Source of the DNA: Bigelowiella natans CCMP2755
Taxonomy: Eukaryota > Protista > Cercozoa
Assembly: GCA_000320545.1 (NCBI GenBank)
Contig: ADNK01002607.1
Span: forward strand, 62,001 to 126,000
Length of the DNA stretch: 64,000 bases
Direction of reading: 5' to 3'
In this document: piece by piece, positions 1 through 15,301 of the stretch
How positions within the stretch are numbered: the first letter of the stretch is position 1
Layout of the letters: every line of letters starts with the position of its first letter
Program-made: the position numbers and the translations under genes
Notes under the pieces: model-generated
The model's database searches: none
What the model saw: the letters and a program-made list of their open reading frames with translations, nothing else
What the model was told of the DNA's origin: nothing

Positions 1-3000
1 GGGTTTGTGTTCTCCATGAAGAACTTCATTTCGTCTGGATAGCCTGCGAGAACTACAACAGTCCGTTTATGTTCTTCGGAGCTCATTTGCGTCAATAACG
101 TGCCAACAGCCTCTTTTGCATAGCTTCCGCGCACGTCAACGAGCTCGTACGCCTCATCAATGAAGAACACCCCACCCCGAGCCTCCTCCATTTTTTTCTT
201 CACTAAAGCTTTTGTAGAGCCGACATGCTGCCCTTGCATGTTGAGGGCCGAAGTCTCGACGAGCGTAGGCGTCGCCACTATTCCAAGCTCGTACAGTACA
301 CCCGCGAGGCATCTAGCGACTGTCGTCTTGCCCGTTCCGGGGCGACCAGTGAATACGAAATTGAGGCCCTCCTTAAGCTTTTTCAACAAATCTCTTTTGC
401 CGCGTGATTTGGCCGTCTCAAGACTCGTCTTCAATTCCATGAGCTGTTTTTTAATATCACCAGTGTTGTAGAGATCATCCAAGGCGGCTATTCCAGTCTT
501 TTCAGCACCTTTTTGTTTCGCGCGTATGAAATCTTGGATCGTGAGCTCTTGACGCGCACCTGCTGGCGTCATACCCATTCGGTACCGTGCGGACATCCTA
601 AGCTGAGCATCAGACAGCATGGAGTCGATGGCTCCGGCGTTTCCAAAGTTAGGTTTGACCTTCTGCTTCTCGAGGAGGTCCACGGCAAAATTGACTGTTT
701 TGTAGCTGATATACAATTCCTTTTTTCTGCACACGAGCTTAAGAATCGTGCGGAGTTCGGTTCGATCAAAGTCGTTGAAACGTAGCGCGTTCTCTGGATT
801 GAACCTGAAATAGCATTGAAGATATTGAATCGTTAAAAAATGTTGAAAATATATACTAGAGAGGCGAATAGTCAACGCTAGAACAGGCGACTAACTAAGG
901 TTCTGGTCCGTCTGACCTTCTGCTCAAGCCTGGATTTTGCTCTCTCAGCATTTTAAACATCTCCTTGGGGTATCCAAGCATTAGCACAGCGATGTCATCG
1001 CCAGGCTTGTTGTGAACCTAACAACCAGTAAGGAAAACAAAAACGAAACAGGCTTTACGTCACAGCATTACAGGCGTATCAATCATGCATGTGCGCTGAC
1101 CGCGCCCACCTTTTCAACAATTGTGTCGAGAGCCTCTCGTCCGTAATTTTGGTCGTTGAGACTGTAAGCCTCATCAATCACGAGGACCTTGCCTGCTGCT
1201 CGCTTCAGAATTCGCTTCGTGTTATGTTTCGTGACACCCTCAGCTTCACCTATGAAGTCTGACGCCGTTGTGACCACGACCTCGCCATCGCTGAGAATCC
1301 CAGCATATTTGAGGATTTTCCCGTAAATCTTAGCCACAGTCGTCTTGCCAGTGCCAGGATTCCCAATCATCAAGCGGTTCAGGGCGTACTCTGTTGGCTT
1401 AGATCCCTTCATTTCGAGGTCGTAGCTCTCGATAACGTTGTCCACCAAAGCATAGATCTCCTTCTTCACCGTCTCCAGTCCGATAAAATTTGTGCGCAGC
1501 TCGCGCAGGGCCTCGGCGAGTGGTCCTCTAGATTTGTCCGGTCGCGGCCCAAGAACATCCTCAATTTTTATTTCAGGGGCTGTGTTATCGGCGACAGCCT
1601 GGCGGACAACAGCGTTCCTATACGCTTTCTGAAACAAGTTACGCACTTCGCCTGCATTACCAAACCCATAGCGCCCTCGCCCTGCGGCCAGCCTGCGCGC
1701 GGCCACGTCCGCGCACTTATCCTTGTCTGCCTTATCCAGCACCCAGCCGCTCTTCTTGACCATACCGCGAAATATGGACCTCAGCTCAGCTTCGGTGAAA
1801 TCCTCAAACTCCCAGTTGAACTCGACCGGAAAACGACGGCCCATCCCGGGGTCTGCTGCGAGGATATTTTCCTCAATGTCCTTCTTGTAACCCGCCATAA
1901 TGATTGTTAGGTCTTCGCGCTGGGTCTCACTGATATCCATAATCTCGTTCAGAATCTCCTCCCCGTTGTGACGACCACTGAGAGGATCTAATTTGTGGGC
2001 CTCGTCGATAAAGAGGACGCCGCCGATAACCGCGTTGTCGTCCTGCGCTTTCTGCTGCAGCAGCTGCTGATGCTGTTGCTGCAATTGCTTCTGCTCCATT
2101 TGTTTCTGTTGTACCTGTAGCTGGAGAGCCTGGGCCTCGAGGGGTTGAGACGCCTGCTGTTGCTTGCGGCTAAGCTCCTGGATCTGATTCGCCAGCTGCT
2201 GTTGTTGTCGTTCTACTTGCTTTAAGTGTAAAGGTAGATATTAGTCAGAGACCCAACAGATACTAATGAGACTATGCGTGTGCGTGTGATGCTTATACTT
2301 CTAATTTCTCGGCTGCTGTAGTTCCAACAGCGCCTGCAGTTCTATTCGGCGGCGGTGGCCCGCCGCTGCTACCGAAAATGAGCCCCCGGAAATTGGCCGC
2401 TGTCATTTTCTGGAGTTTCCCGCCATCGGTGGTTACAACGACGTCCTTCCGTCGAATCTTGGTGTCGTACAGAATGCGTGCAAGGATCTTGGCCACGGTA
2501 GTCTTTCCCGTGCCGGGATTTCCCCCGAAGATGAAGTTTGCCGTTGTGATGACGCGTTGGCCGGGATTCAGGCGCTGCTCAGAGCGCCGGGAGTCGAAGA
2601 GTGCGAACGCGTGCGCCTTGACCTTGTGTAGCCCAGTGAGTTCCATGAGTTCATCCATGGCAGCGGAATTTACCTTATGAACCTTCTTGTACTCAATCCA
2701 CTTGTTTTTCACCTCATCAAAAATGTCTTCCTTCCGCGCCCTAGAAGCATTTGTGGCTTGGGTAGGCGGCTGCTTCAACAGCTCCATGTCATAGCTGGTT
2801 GCGAACCCGGGCTTTTGGACGTGGTTAAAGTACAACCACATGAGCTTCCTCGCGTGGTCATGCCGCTTTTTATCTCTTCGCAACATCTTTGCCTGGCAAG
2901 ATAAAATGAACAAAAAGAAGCCGTAAAGGAAAGGGGGAGGAGGAGATCTAGGAGTCAATAACAGTAGGCGGGGGGTAGAGAGAGGGGATAAGGTAAGCAA

Positions 3001-4301
3001 TAGGTTTTACGAAATAGTTTTACCAGAATAAGTAAAAGAACAGGCTCGGGCTGGCTCGGATTTGACCTCATATACTCCTCGGCTAAGTGTTTGGAGTCTT
3101 CCCAGTCACCAGTGAGGGCTAGGGCGAGTGATAGGTAGATGGGCTTAGATATGAAACGCTTGCCGTCGAGGCCTTCCACTTCCGTGAGAAACCGCTCGAA
3201 GTGATTGGAACTGTTGGAGCCCTGGCGAGCAAACTCTTTTGACTCGGAGGTGAACTCCTCAACCACTTTGGTCCACTGGTCACGAACGTGTTCCCCATCG
3301 ATTTTGCATCGAGGTGTATCCTTGGGCAGCATCTGGGGGCTGCCCCTATGCGGTTGAAAGTTGAAACCGCGAGTCACCCAGTGAGGTAGACGGCCAGTCC
3401 CCCTCCCAGCAGATTTGACAGCCCTCTTGAACTCGAGGATCAGGACCTCCTGTAGCTCCGATTTGGAAGGATGCGACGGTGGCGGGGTTCGGCCCACGGG
3501 CGGCGGGGTATGGGAGCGACCGGGAGAGTTGGCAACAGGTGGACCGCCAGGCGGCCTTCTGTACACACCAATTCCGAGCTCCTCTCGGAGTAATTGCAGA
3601 TATGTATCCAGTGCGGAGCGGACTTCTTGCGGTGACATGACCGGCCGGCGTGCACTTCTACCAGAGCGGCGGCCACCAGACTTTACATCCTCAGCTCGGC
3701 CGGCGGAGCGGGCCCGGCTCGACGAGCCTTTCTTTTTTTCTTCTCGTTTCTTCGCAGAGGCTCTTATATTTGGCTTGTGGGCGGAAAGTTTGTCAAGAGG
3801 CATTTCGAGATACTTCACAGCCTCCGTGTGTCCCCCCTCTCTGGCAGCCTGCAGCGCGGACGGATGGCAATTCTTGTCCGCCCCTGCATTTAACAGAACC
3901 CAAACCACTTCCGCCTTGCCATTCTTGGCTGCCACGAAGAGAGGTGTTTGGGAGAGGAAGTCCTCCTGATCCACGGCCGCACCGTTAGCGATCAGAGCCT
4001 CGGCTACATCGGCATAACCCTTCGTAGCTACGAGGTGGAGATAACCACCCCCGATCCCCCCCTGCCAGTCTAATTTCGCACGAGCCTTAAGAAGTAGCTT
4101 CACTATGGCGACATGCCCATTCTCGGTCGCAGCATGAAGAGGTGTGTAGCCATCCCCCTCTGGGTCGCAGTTTACGAGTTCTTGCTTGAAGTGCTTCTTT
4201 TGCTTCAGCACGGCCCTGACCCCAGCCACATCGTTGTCTCTGGCGCGGTTGTAGAAGTCACGAGCAGCCTCTTTGCTGACGTCGGGATACGCGGACTGCA
4301 T
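1..4301 (-). CDS. Ankyrin-repeat protein with at least three tandem CbbX/SpoVK-like AAA+ ATPase domains (3' end runs off the window)
   Basis: N-terminal ankyrin repeats (TPLHAATENGHVAIVKLLL, TPLFVAAKNGKAEVVWVLL). Three Walker A/B pairs: GNPGTGKTT...VLFIDEAH, GNPGTGKTT...VLVIDEAY and GRPGTGKTT...VFFIDEAY (third pair read by hand from 804-1). CbbX-type DPGMGRRF/NPGLSRRF and FGNAG motifs. Frame-consistent GT-AG introns at ~2893-3023, 2220-2298, 1018-1109 and 805-916. Confidence 0.9.
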
Positions 4302-5081
4302 GTCCCTCGGCCCTCCAGGTTCTGTTTTTTGAAGAGGAGTGTAACTGCGGGTCCGCTCATTGAAGAAGGCTACATGCGCCTGTGCACTAAATTAGTTACA
4401 ATTTTTGAGATGTCCGGGAAACTTCCCATGCGAATTGCCCGGCGAATCCGACGAGAATTGGAGTCAAAATTCGAAAAACAAAATTTCTGCAAATTTGACA
4501 GTTTTTCGATCGAGCCACCACTCTCGTAGCTAGTTTGCCCATGTGAGAGAACACTGTCATGAGTCTCATTCAATCCAGATGTGTCAGGAAAACCTCGCAA
4601 GATCAACAACAACACTCTGCGGAACAATCGGGAGCTGGAGGAATTTCGATGCCTTCTTGTAAGGATGTCGCACGATAAAATCCGCATGTATTTTTGTCCC
4701 AAAATGAATTTCCCTGTTTTCATGTCTTCTTTTTGTTTTTTTGTTTGGAGACATCAGAACTCGGAACCCCCCTTCCTTCCGTGAGGTATATGGGCATGTA
4801 GATACGACGTATGCGCCCCCTTTGCTGCTCAGATGCTGACTGGCTTAAGATGAGAGAGGCGTTTTCATTTCCCCCCCCCCCGAATGCACCATGTTGTATT
4901 GCTATTTCGATCCCCATGGCGAGATAGATACGTCCAACAGCAAATCCACGCACTTTCGCAGCCGAACGTGAGCATTATACATACGAAAAGCAATTACATC
5001 TTCCACAGAAAACAAAACATAAAATCCATCACAAGTAATCTCTGTTGTCGTCTACGACCAGATCCTTCCAAAAACGTCGTC

Positions 5082-9431
<4,350 letters not shown>

Positions 9432-9559
9432 GTGCAAGATATAGATTGTTTAGATCAAAGAACTGAACGAAAGCAAGGTTCATCACATATCCTACAGATT
9501 TTTTATTTAAAAATTATGAAAGCGGTCTAAGTTAGAGTCGGAACTACATCTACTAATGC

Positions 9560-10990
9560 ATGAGCCGATCTAGCGATGGCCACATGCACCAACCACACAT
9601 GTGTGGATCTTGTGATGTGTTATTAAAAATCGGAACTACCACTTCTTCATATTTACAAGCTGCTCGCAAAGGATGCTGCATGATTGGCATGGAAATACAT
9701 CACCTTTTGTCAGCATTCACCTTGTGGCCTTGTCAACATAGGGTAAACATTTTGCAATGCAAACAGTTCCTCATTGTTCAGTTCATCATGCTGTCGAGCG
9801 TGGCGCACTGTGTGTCGTAGTTGGACAATGCAAAAAGCTTTTGCGCATGCTGCCAAACGCAACATCAGTCTAGTGTAGTTGATGCTCATCACATTTGCTT
9901 GCGCTCATTTGCTTGGCGGGGACACACAAATCCCCATCTGGCCAAGCTCATTTGCGCTCCAGCAGTACCTGCGTCATGTGAGTTTGCATTGGCCATTCTA
10001 GCATTCATTGCACGCAGCAGGCAAAGCGACAGACCCATCCAAGATCTTCAAGCACATCTAGACATGCACACGCCGTGCACGTCACTTCGTGCATGCGCGT
10101 GCGATCTAGCGGTGCAAAGCGCACATTGTCAATTGATCGCATCGTCTGCATGAGAATGAAACATGAACCATGGGCAAAACGCACACACTGCGATGCATTC
10201 CAGCGCTGGCACACGTGCACGAAGCCTGCAGCACATGCTGAGCCTTGTCAATTGAATCACACACATGCCAGCATGCCAGATCTCTGCTAGCTCTGAATCA
10301 TCGGGGGTGCCATGCAACTGCACGTGCCAACGCGTGCTCATCCACTTTCTCTCCGAACTAGCGAACAAAGAAAATCACCAACGCAGGGTTTGTTTCGCAC
10401 CCAATGAACGATCAAGTTCACACAAGTGGTTCATCCGAACCCACCTAGCCACCGCAAATGCAGTTCATCATCATTGTTCATTGTTCATTGTTCATTGCCG
10501 CCAAGAGGAAGCTGACATGTCCAGATGTCGTGGACACAGTTGTGCCGGAATGGCATCGCAGTTGCCACAGATTGCCTTTCAGCTTTGCTAGCTTTGTCCT
10601 GCACACGACTGAACGAGTGAACGAACGAATGAAGCGATTCCACAGGAGCGGCAACGAATGAGTGTGACTTTGAACGTTCAACACTCAACATTGAACTGAG
10701 CATCAACGCAGCAAAACAACGTGCGCAAGACAAAACCACATGGGAGACAATGAGAACAATGAGAACAATGATGAAAAACTACATTTCCAAAGTGTGACAA
10801 GACACTTGCAGTGTGCGAAATGCAGTGCCTCGAACTGGCTTCAGTGAGGACATGCATTTGCACGCAGCAGCGCCGGAAAGCAAAAATCATAGCGAAGACT
10901 TCGAAGCATCGCAAGCATCGGGTGTCGCTACGAACAATCACTGATAATCCCATGTGCTTTCCCTTTGCGACATGGAAAATGTGTAACCGA
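9560..10990. repeat. TpA-depleted, TG/CA-rich degenerate repeat-derived intergenic DNA
   Basis: Between ~9970 and 10778 every TA I could find (7) lies in CTAG. The overlapping Cys/His-rich ORFs are nearly free of Tyr. Contains fragments homologous to the LINE 3' end at 47479-47580. Confidence 0.75.
10736..10843 (-). mobile_element. Solo 3'-end fragment of the LINE family found at 45.9-47.6 kb
   Basis: Reverse complement (TGAAGCCAGTTCGAGGCACTGCATTTCGCACACTGCAAGTGTCTTGTCACACTTTGGAAATGTAGTT...CATCATTGTT...) aligns with 47479-47580. A tail-only copy lies at 10456-10497 on the + strand. Confidence 0.8.
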
Positions 10991-11107
10991 ATTTAACAAT
11001 TTTGGACATCTTCTAAGCCAGAAAAGAAACGCCACATCCGAGACAAGAAGGACAACAATCACGCTCTCCCCCACACGGAACACTCCACTACCTATAAACT
11101 TCATTTC

Positions 11108-13231
11108 ATGGGGTGTGGATCGAGTACTATCAATTATTTAAAGGCCATTGACGATGAATCCTTTGGGAGTAGAACCGGAATAACGAAAACAAGCGAAAAA
11201 AGGTCGTCACAATTCATCCTTGTCCCAATCTTACGCTGGTGCCTTTAGGTGGGAAAAGATTAATAGGCTGTACCAAAAGGCGATACAACGCTGCGAGCCT
11301 ACAGCCAAAGGGCAGGCTGGAGAATTCTACTATAACAGTGCTAGGACGTATGCGAAGCCAGAACTGAAGGAGAAAGGTTACAAAAGATCATATCATACCA
11401 ACAAACAACGACGGGAGCGCATTGAGATATCTACGAAGAAAGCAACATGGTTGAAATGTCTTCTCTTATGAAACGGGGATTGTCAGGATTGGCATTAATG
11501 CGCGAGGAACTAAACGACGCAATGACAGATTGCAAGGTGGAAAAGCTCGACATATTCTCATCAGAAAAGATTCCGGAACGGATCGAAGAGATTTGCCAGA
11601 AGTTGAGTCGCTCAATGTTCCACGAGAGTAAAACCAGGGGTAAGATGGAGCCGGATAATGCGATATACCAGGCCGCGGAGTATGGACACCATAATGCAAT
11701 AATTGGAATTGGAAAATGGAAAATGGGGGTGAGGCAGACAGGCCACCCAAAGAAATACGAATTCAACACCCTCTCCGGTAAGGAATTTGAGGAGGGATTC
11801 AGTTACTTTCTGAGACTGCGACACCCAAGATTCGATAAGAAATACGATAGGGACAGCAAGAGTAAAAGGAATGGATGTGAGAAAAGTGTAGATGATGTTA
11901 GGGTACTGCTTGATCTTTCGTCATATACAAATCTTCGGGACTTAGACGAGCTAGTAGAGGGAGGAATCCCTCATCTATACAACGAGGAGGACTCTCTCCA
12001 AAGCCGTCTCCAAATGTTTGATTCCACTTTCGCAGCTTATGAGAAGGAACGGTATCTACCGGCGATGTGTCTCCTGGTAGTTCAGTTTTGGTATGATTAC
12101 TGGATGGTCAGGAAGGGTCAGGAGATGGAAGACTATGGAAAGGTCATGGGCATTGATGTAAAGACTGAAGTAAGTTCTTTACTTGCTGCTGAGGCTGAGG
12201 AGGTACCCGCTATCAACGATGCCAAAGGTGCGATTGATGGGTGTAGTGAAGGAAGAGAAGTTGATTGAAAAACAACATAGCGGATGTCTCCAACGCGGCA
12301 TCGTTAAATTAAATAGCTAGTGTTTAATTTTAAGAGCCTGACATTCAAGTATGAAACTTGTCATGTTGCTACGTTCTCCACAGCCTGTGATGAAAAATAT
12401 AGAGAAACTTACTACGGAATGCACGTGAAGCATCTATTCAAGCTGAAAGCCTTGAAAGTCCTCGAGGAAATCAGGGAAATCATATCTACTTCCAAGGTCG
12501 AAGAACCCAGAGTTTCCTAACCAATGCAGATCTTGATTTACGATCTCGTGCCCACACTTTACACAACTTTTTCTCCTCGAACGAAAACGAATGCTTGATG
12601 TATTGTTCCTCTATAATTCAGAACGGACAAAGCGGTTTCGCAACAATGACGGAAGAGCAAGCGAACAAACTTACCTGCGATTTATTGTGTCAATTGGGCC
12701 ACAAACTTTACATTGACAACTTAACCTATGGAAAAAGTACGATATGCGACCAAACATTAAAGATATTTTTAAAATATGTTACTACGATATGGCGATGTAT
12801 CTGACGCATAAAATCTCCATCTTAAGTTGTTCATCGTCATTTTGATTATTTCGAATTTATTCTCCCAAAACTACAGACATTGCCCTAACCCCGTATCTCA
12901 AAACCAAACTTTTTACAAAGATCCTGGAATTTTGCTACTATGTTGTACCTCATATTTTCGTTTTCTCGGCTAATTTCTTGCGGATTGCATTGCGGTTCAA
13001 ATTTCAGACCAGCTCCGAAATATTCTCCGAGCCATGAAAGCCTACAGAGAAGCTGTGAAACTGTCGCCCAAAAGTGAGCGGGCCAGAGATGGCTTAGAGA
13101 GAAGCACAAAAAGGCTGGAAGATTTGAAGATGAAAGTCCAAGGCCTACAGCAGAGACCAAAGCATGACGCTGATAATGCTAGCGTACAGCGGCGTCCGCG
13201 TCAGCCAACAAATATCAGCGACCCTGATTAA
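11108..13231 (+). CDS. Putative N-myristoylated/palmitoylated TPR-containing protein of unknown function (multi-exon)
   Basis: Starts MGCGSS at 11108. Intron 11203-11248 restores the frame. TPR-like segments (LYQKAIQRCEP...EFYYNSARTY; KAYREAVKLSPKSERARDGL) and a 273-aa central exon at 11447-12268. Internal 3' exon boundaries are uncertain. Confidence 0.6.
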
Positions 13232-13920
13232 GTGGCGTGGTATATGCTAATCTTTGACATAGCACATGCAACATTTAATCCAATGTCACATATTTGTCCA
13301 GCCAAGAGCTTATTGGCTTAGTCTATTTACTTCGTCATTGCAGATTGCTACAACGCGCTGCACGTACATATAGCAGAGCAACAGTGCGTGATATCATGCA
13401 GTTTTACGTGCCGCCTACATGCACTTGTTATTGCTAACATGCCTAGCCCATCTCGTACGAGGAGTACAGCATACGCGCCCAAAATGGACGTATAAGGCAC
13501 ACAAATGTCAAAGTTGATGATGGGACACATGATGTTCATAAAAAGCCGATTGTATAATTGCTTGGCAATGCAAGCGCTGCATCAATACATGAAATGCGTA
13601 GATAGGTATATACTGTATGTAAGCTCCCATACATACGATACGAATATGTCTCTTGTGTTCTACTCGCGCATACGGTGCATCGCAGAATCATCAGCCACCG
13701 TGTGTCCGTGCTTGTTAACAAAAGGCTACGCGTCGTGCGTGCAGGCTTCATCGTACTCTGTGAGTCTTTGCTGTGTCGAAGCTAGTATGTATGGATTTAA
13801 TTCATATTTTGAATCTGTATTTTTTGATTTATTTATTAAGTTGTAAACATCATTGCTGGTTTTATGCTCGGACAAATGGGAGATATATGCTTTCATTTAC
13901 CAATTACTGAAGAAAGCATC

Positions 13921-15261
13921 TCAAGCCATCATCCCCTCGGGACATCCCGTCTATATGAATTGAAGCAGTGGATCACCACCAAAAATATTAGAGGCGAGAA
14001 CGTTTTTATTAGCCTAGGCAATGGCAGTTTGCATAATTTATCCGCCGTATTTCCTCTCACACTGCCTAGTGATCTGATGCGGTACCTCCGAGATCAAGGA
14101 CGCTTCTTTAAATGTGTCTCGCAGACTGTTGTACTCTTTCCCATACCTTTCGTGTTTCGATCGAGGCATAATGGTCCATCGTTAGTATATCATTATTTGT
14201 GACTATCATTGTAGAAAGATAAATCTCACGGTGGGCTCTGGAAGTCGTTGTGGAACTGGTGGTACCTATGAGGGGGGGGGGGGGGGGGGGGGGATAAGAC
14301 GGACGGGGACAATTGGTAAGAGGCGTAGGGGAGCGAAAAAATAAGAATATTGTCTCTTTTAGTTATCCTCTCTTACAGTAGCTTTCATCTATTACTCCCA
14401 CCGTATTCGTCGTTGTGTCTCCTGTTTTCTAATGTTGTACTTACATCTCTGCTCGGTAGAAAGGGAACTTCGAGGAATCCATCACGTAAACACGCCTACG
14501 ATTGGAAGCAAGCATTGTTGATGATCAGCGTGTTATCATGTCAGCATCCCTCACAGATATAAGACATCCACGAAGATAGAACATAAGTTACAGATCGCTT
14601 CCATTTTCGCTCTATCTTCGGAGTTCAACGCGTGCGAGGTTGCTACCTTTGCAGCAGGGTGTCGGGCTCATTACCAGAGCCTGAGGTTGTGGGAGCAGTG
14701 ATAGAAGTAGTAGCAGAGCAGTGATAGAAGTAGTAGCAGTAGAAGAAAGATAAGAATCTTCCAGTCCAAAAGTTACTTTAAATATAAATCAATCTGTCGG
14801 TGCATGCAACTGAATCATAGCAACAAAAAGACCTTCCATGAGAGTCCATGAATCTCCTAGCACGTCTTTCATCGCCCTCTGCGTGGATGCATTTAATTAC
14901 AGTTACATGTGAGTAAAAGGATGATTTACAATGAACATTGTATCAAGCAGCAATATAAAGTAAAGGTGCAAAAGAAGGAAGAGGCAAGGAACAATACGTT
15001 ACTCCTCTACTCTTCTTCCCTCAGCTATATCCACAACAACATCCCATTACCTGAATTTCCACATATTGTGCTGAATGCACCCCTCCCGGTAGTCCAAGAA
15101 GGCTACGATACTCTGGGCCTTTGTCCTTTGTGAAGCAAGAGGAGCCATCATAGCATTTGTAAGCAATAGCGGTACAGAGTAGTAGTTGCTCTTAATAACT
15201 ACAAAGCAACTATTCGTCCAACCATCGATGAGGACATGATACAATACTCTCTCTCTCTCTA

Positions 15262-15301
<40 letters not shown>

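Noticed and set aside
10456-10790. Inverted repeat that could be MITE terminal inverted repeats
   Set aside because: Both arms match the LINE 3' tail. Two opposite-orientation fragments explain it, and I see no target-site duplication.
9560-10996. Many overlapping Cys/His-rich ORFs
   Set aside because: Artefact of TA depletion (loss of TAA/TAG stops, Tyr->Cys/His). No domain similarity.
14693-14738. 23-bp tandem duplication GAGCAGTGATAGAAGTAGTAGCA
   Set aside because: Simple intronic slippage duplication with two units and no spacers; not CRISPR-like.
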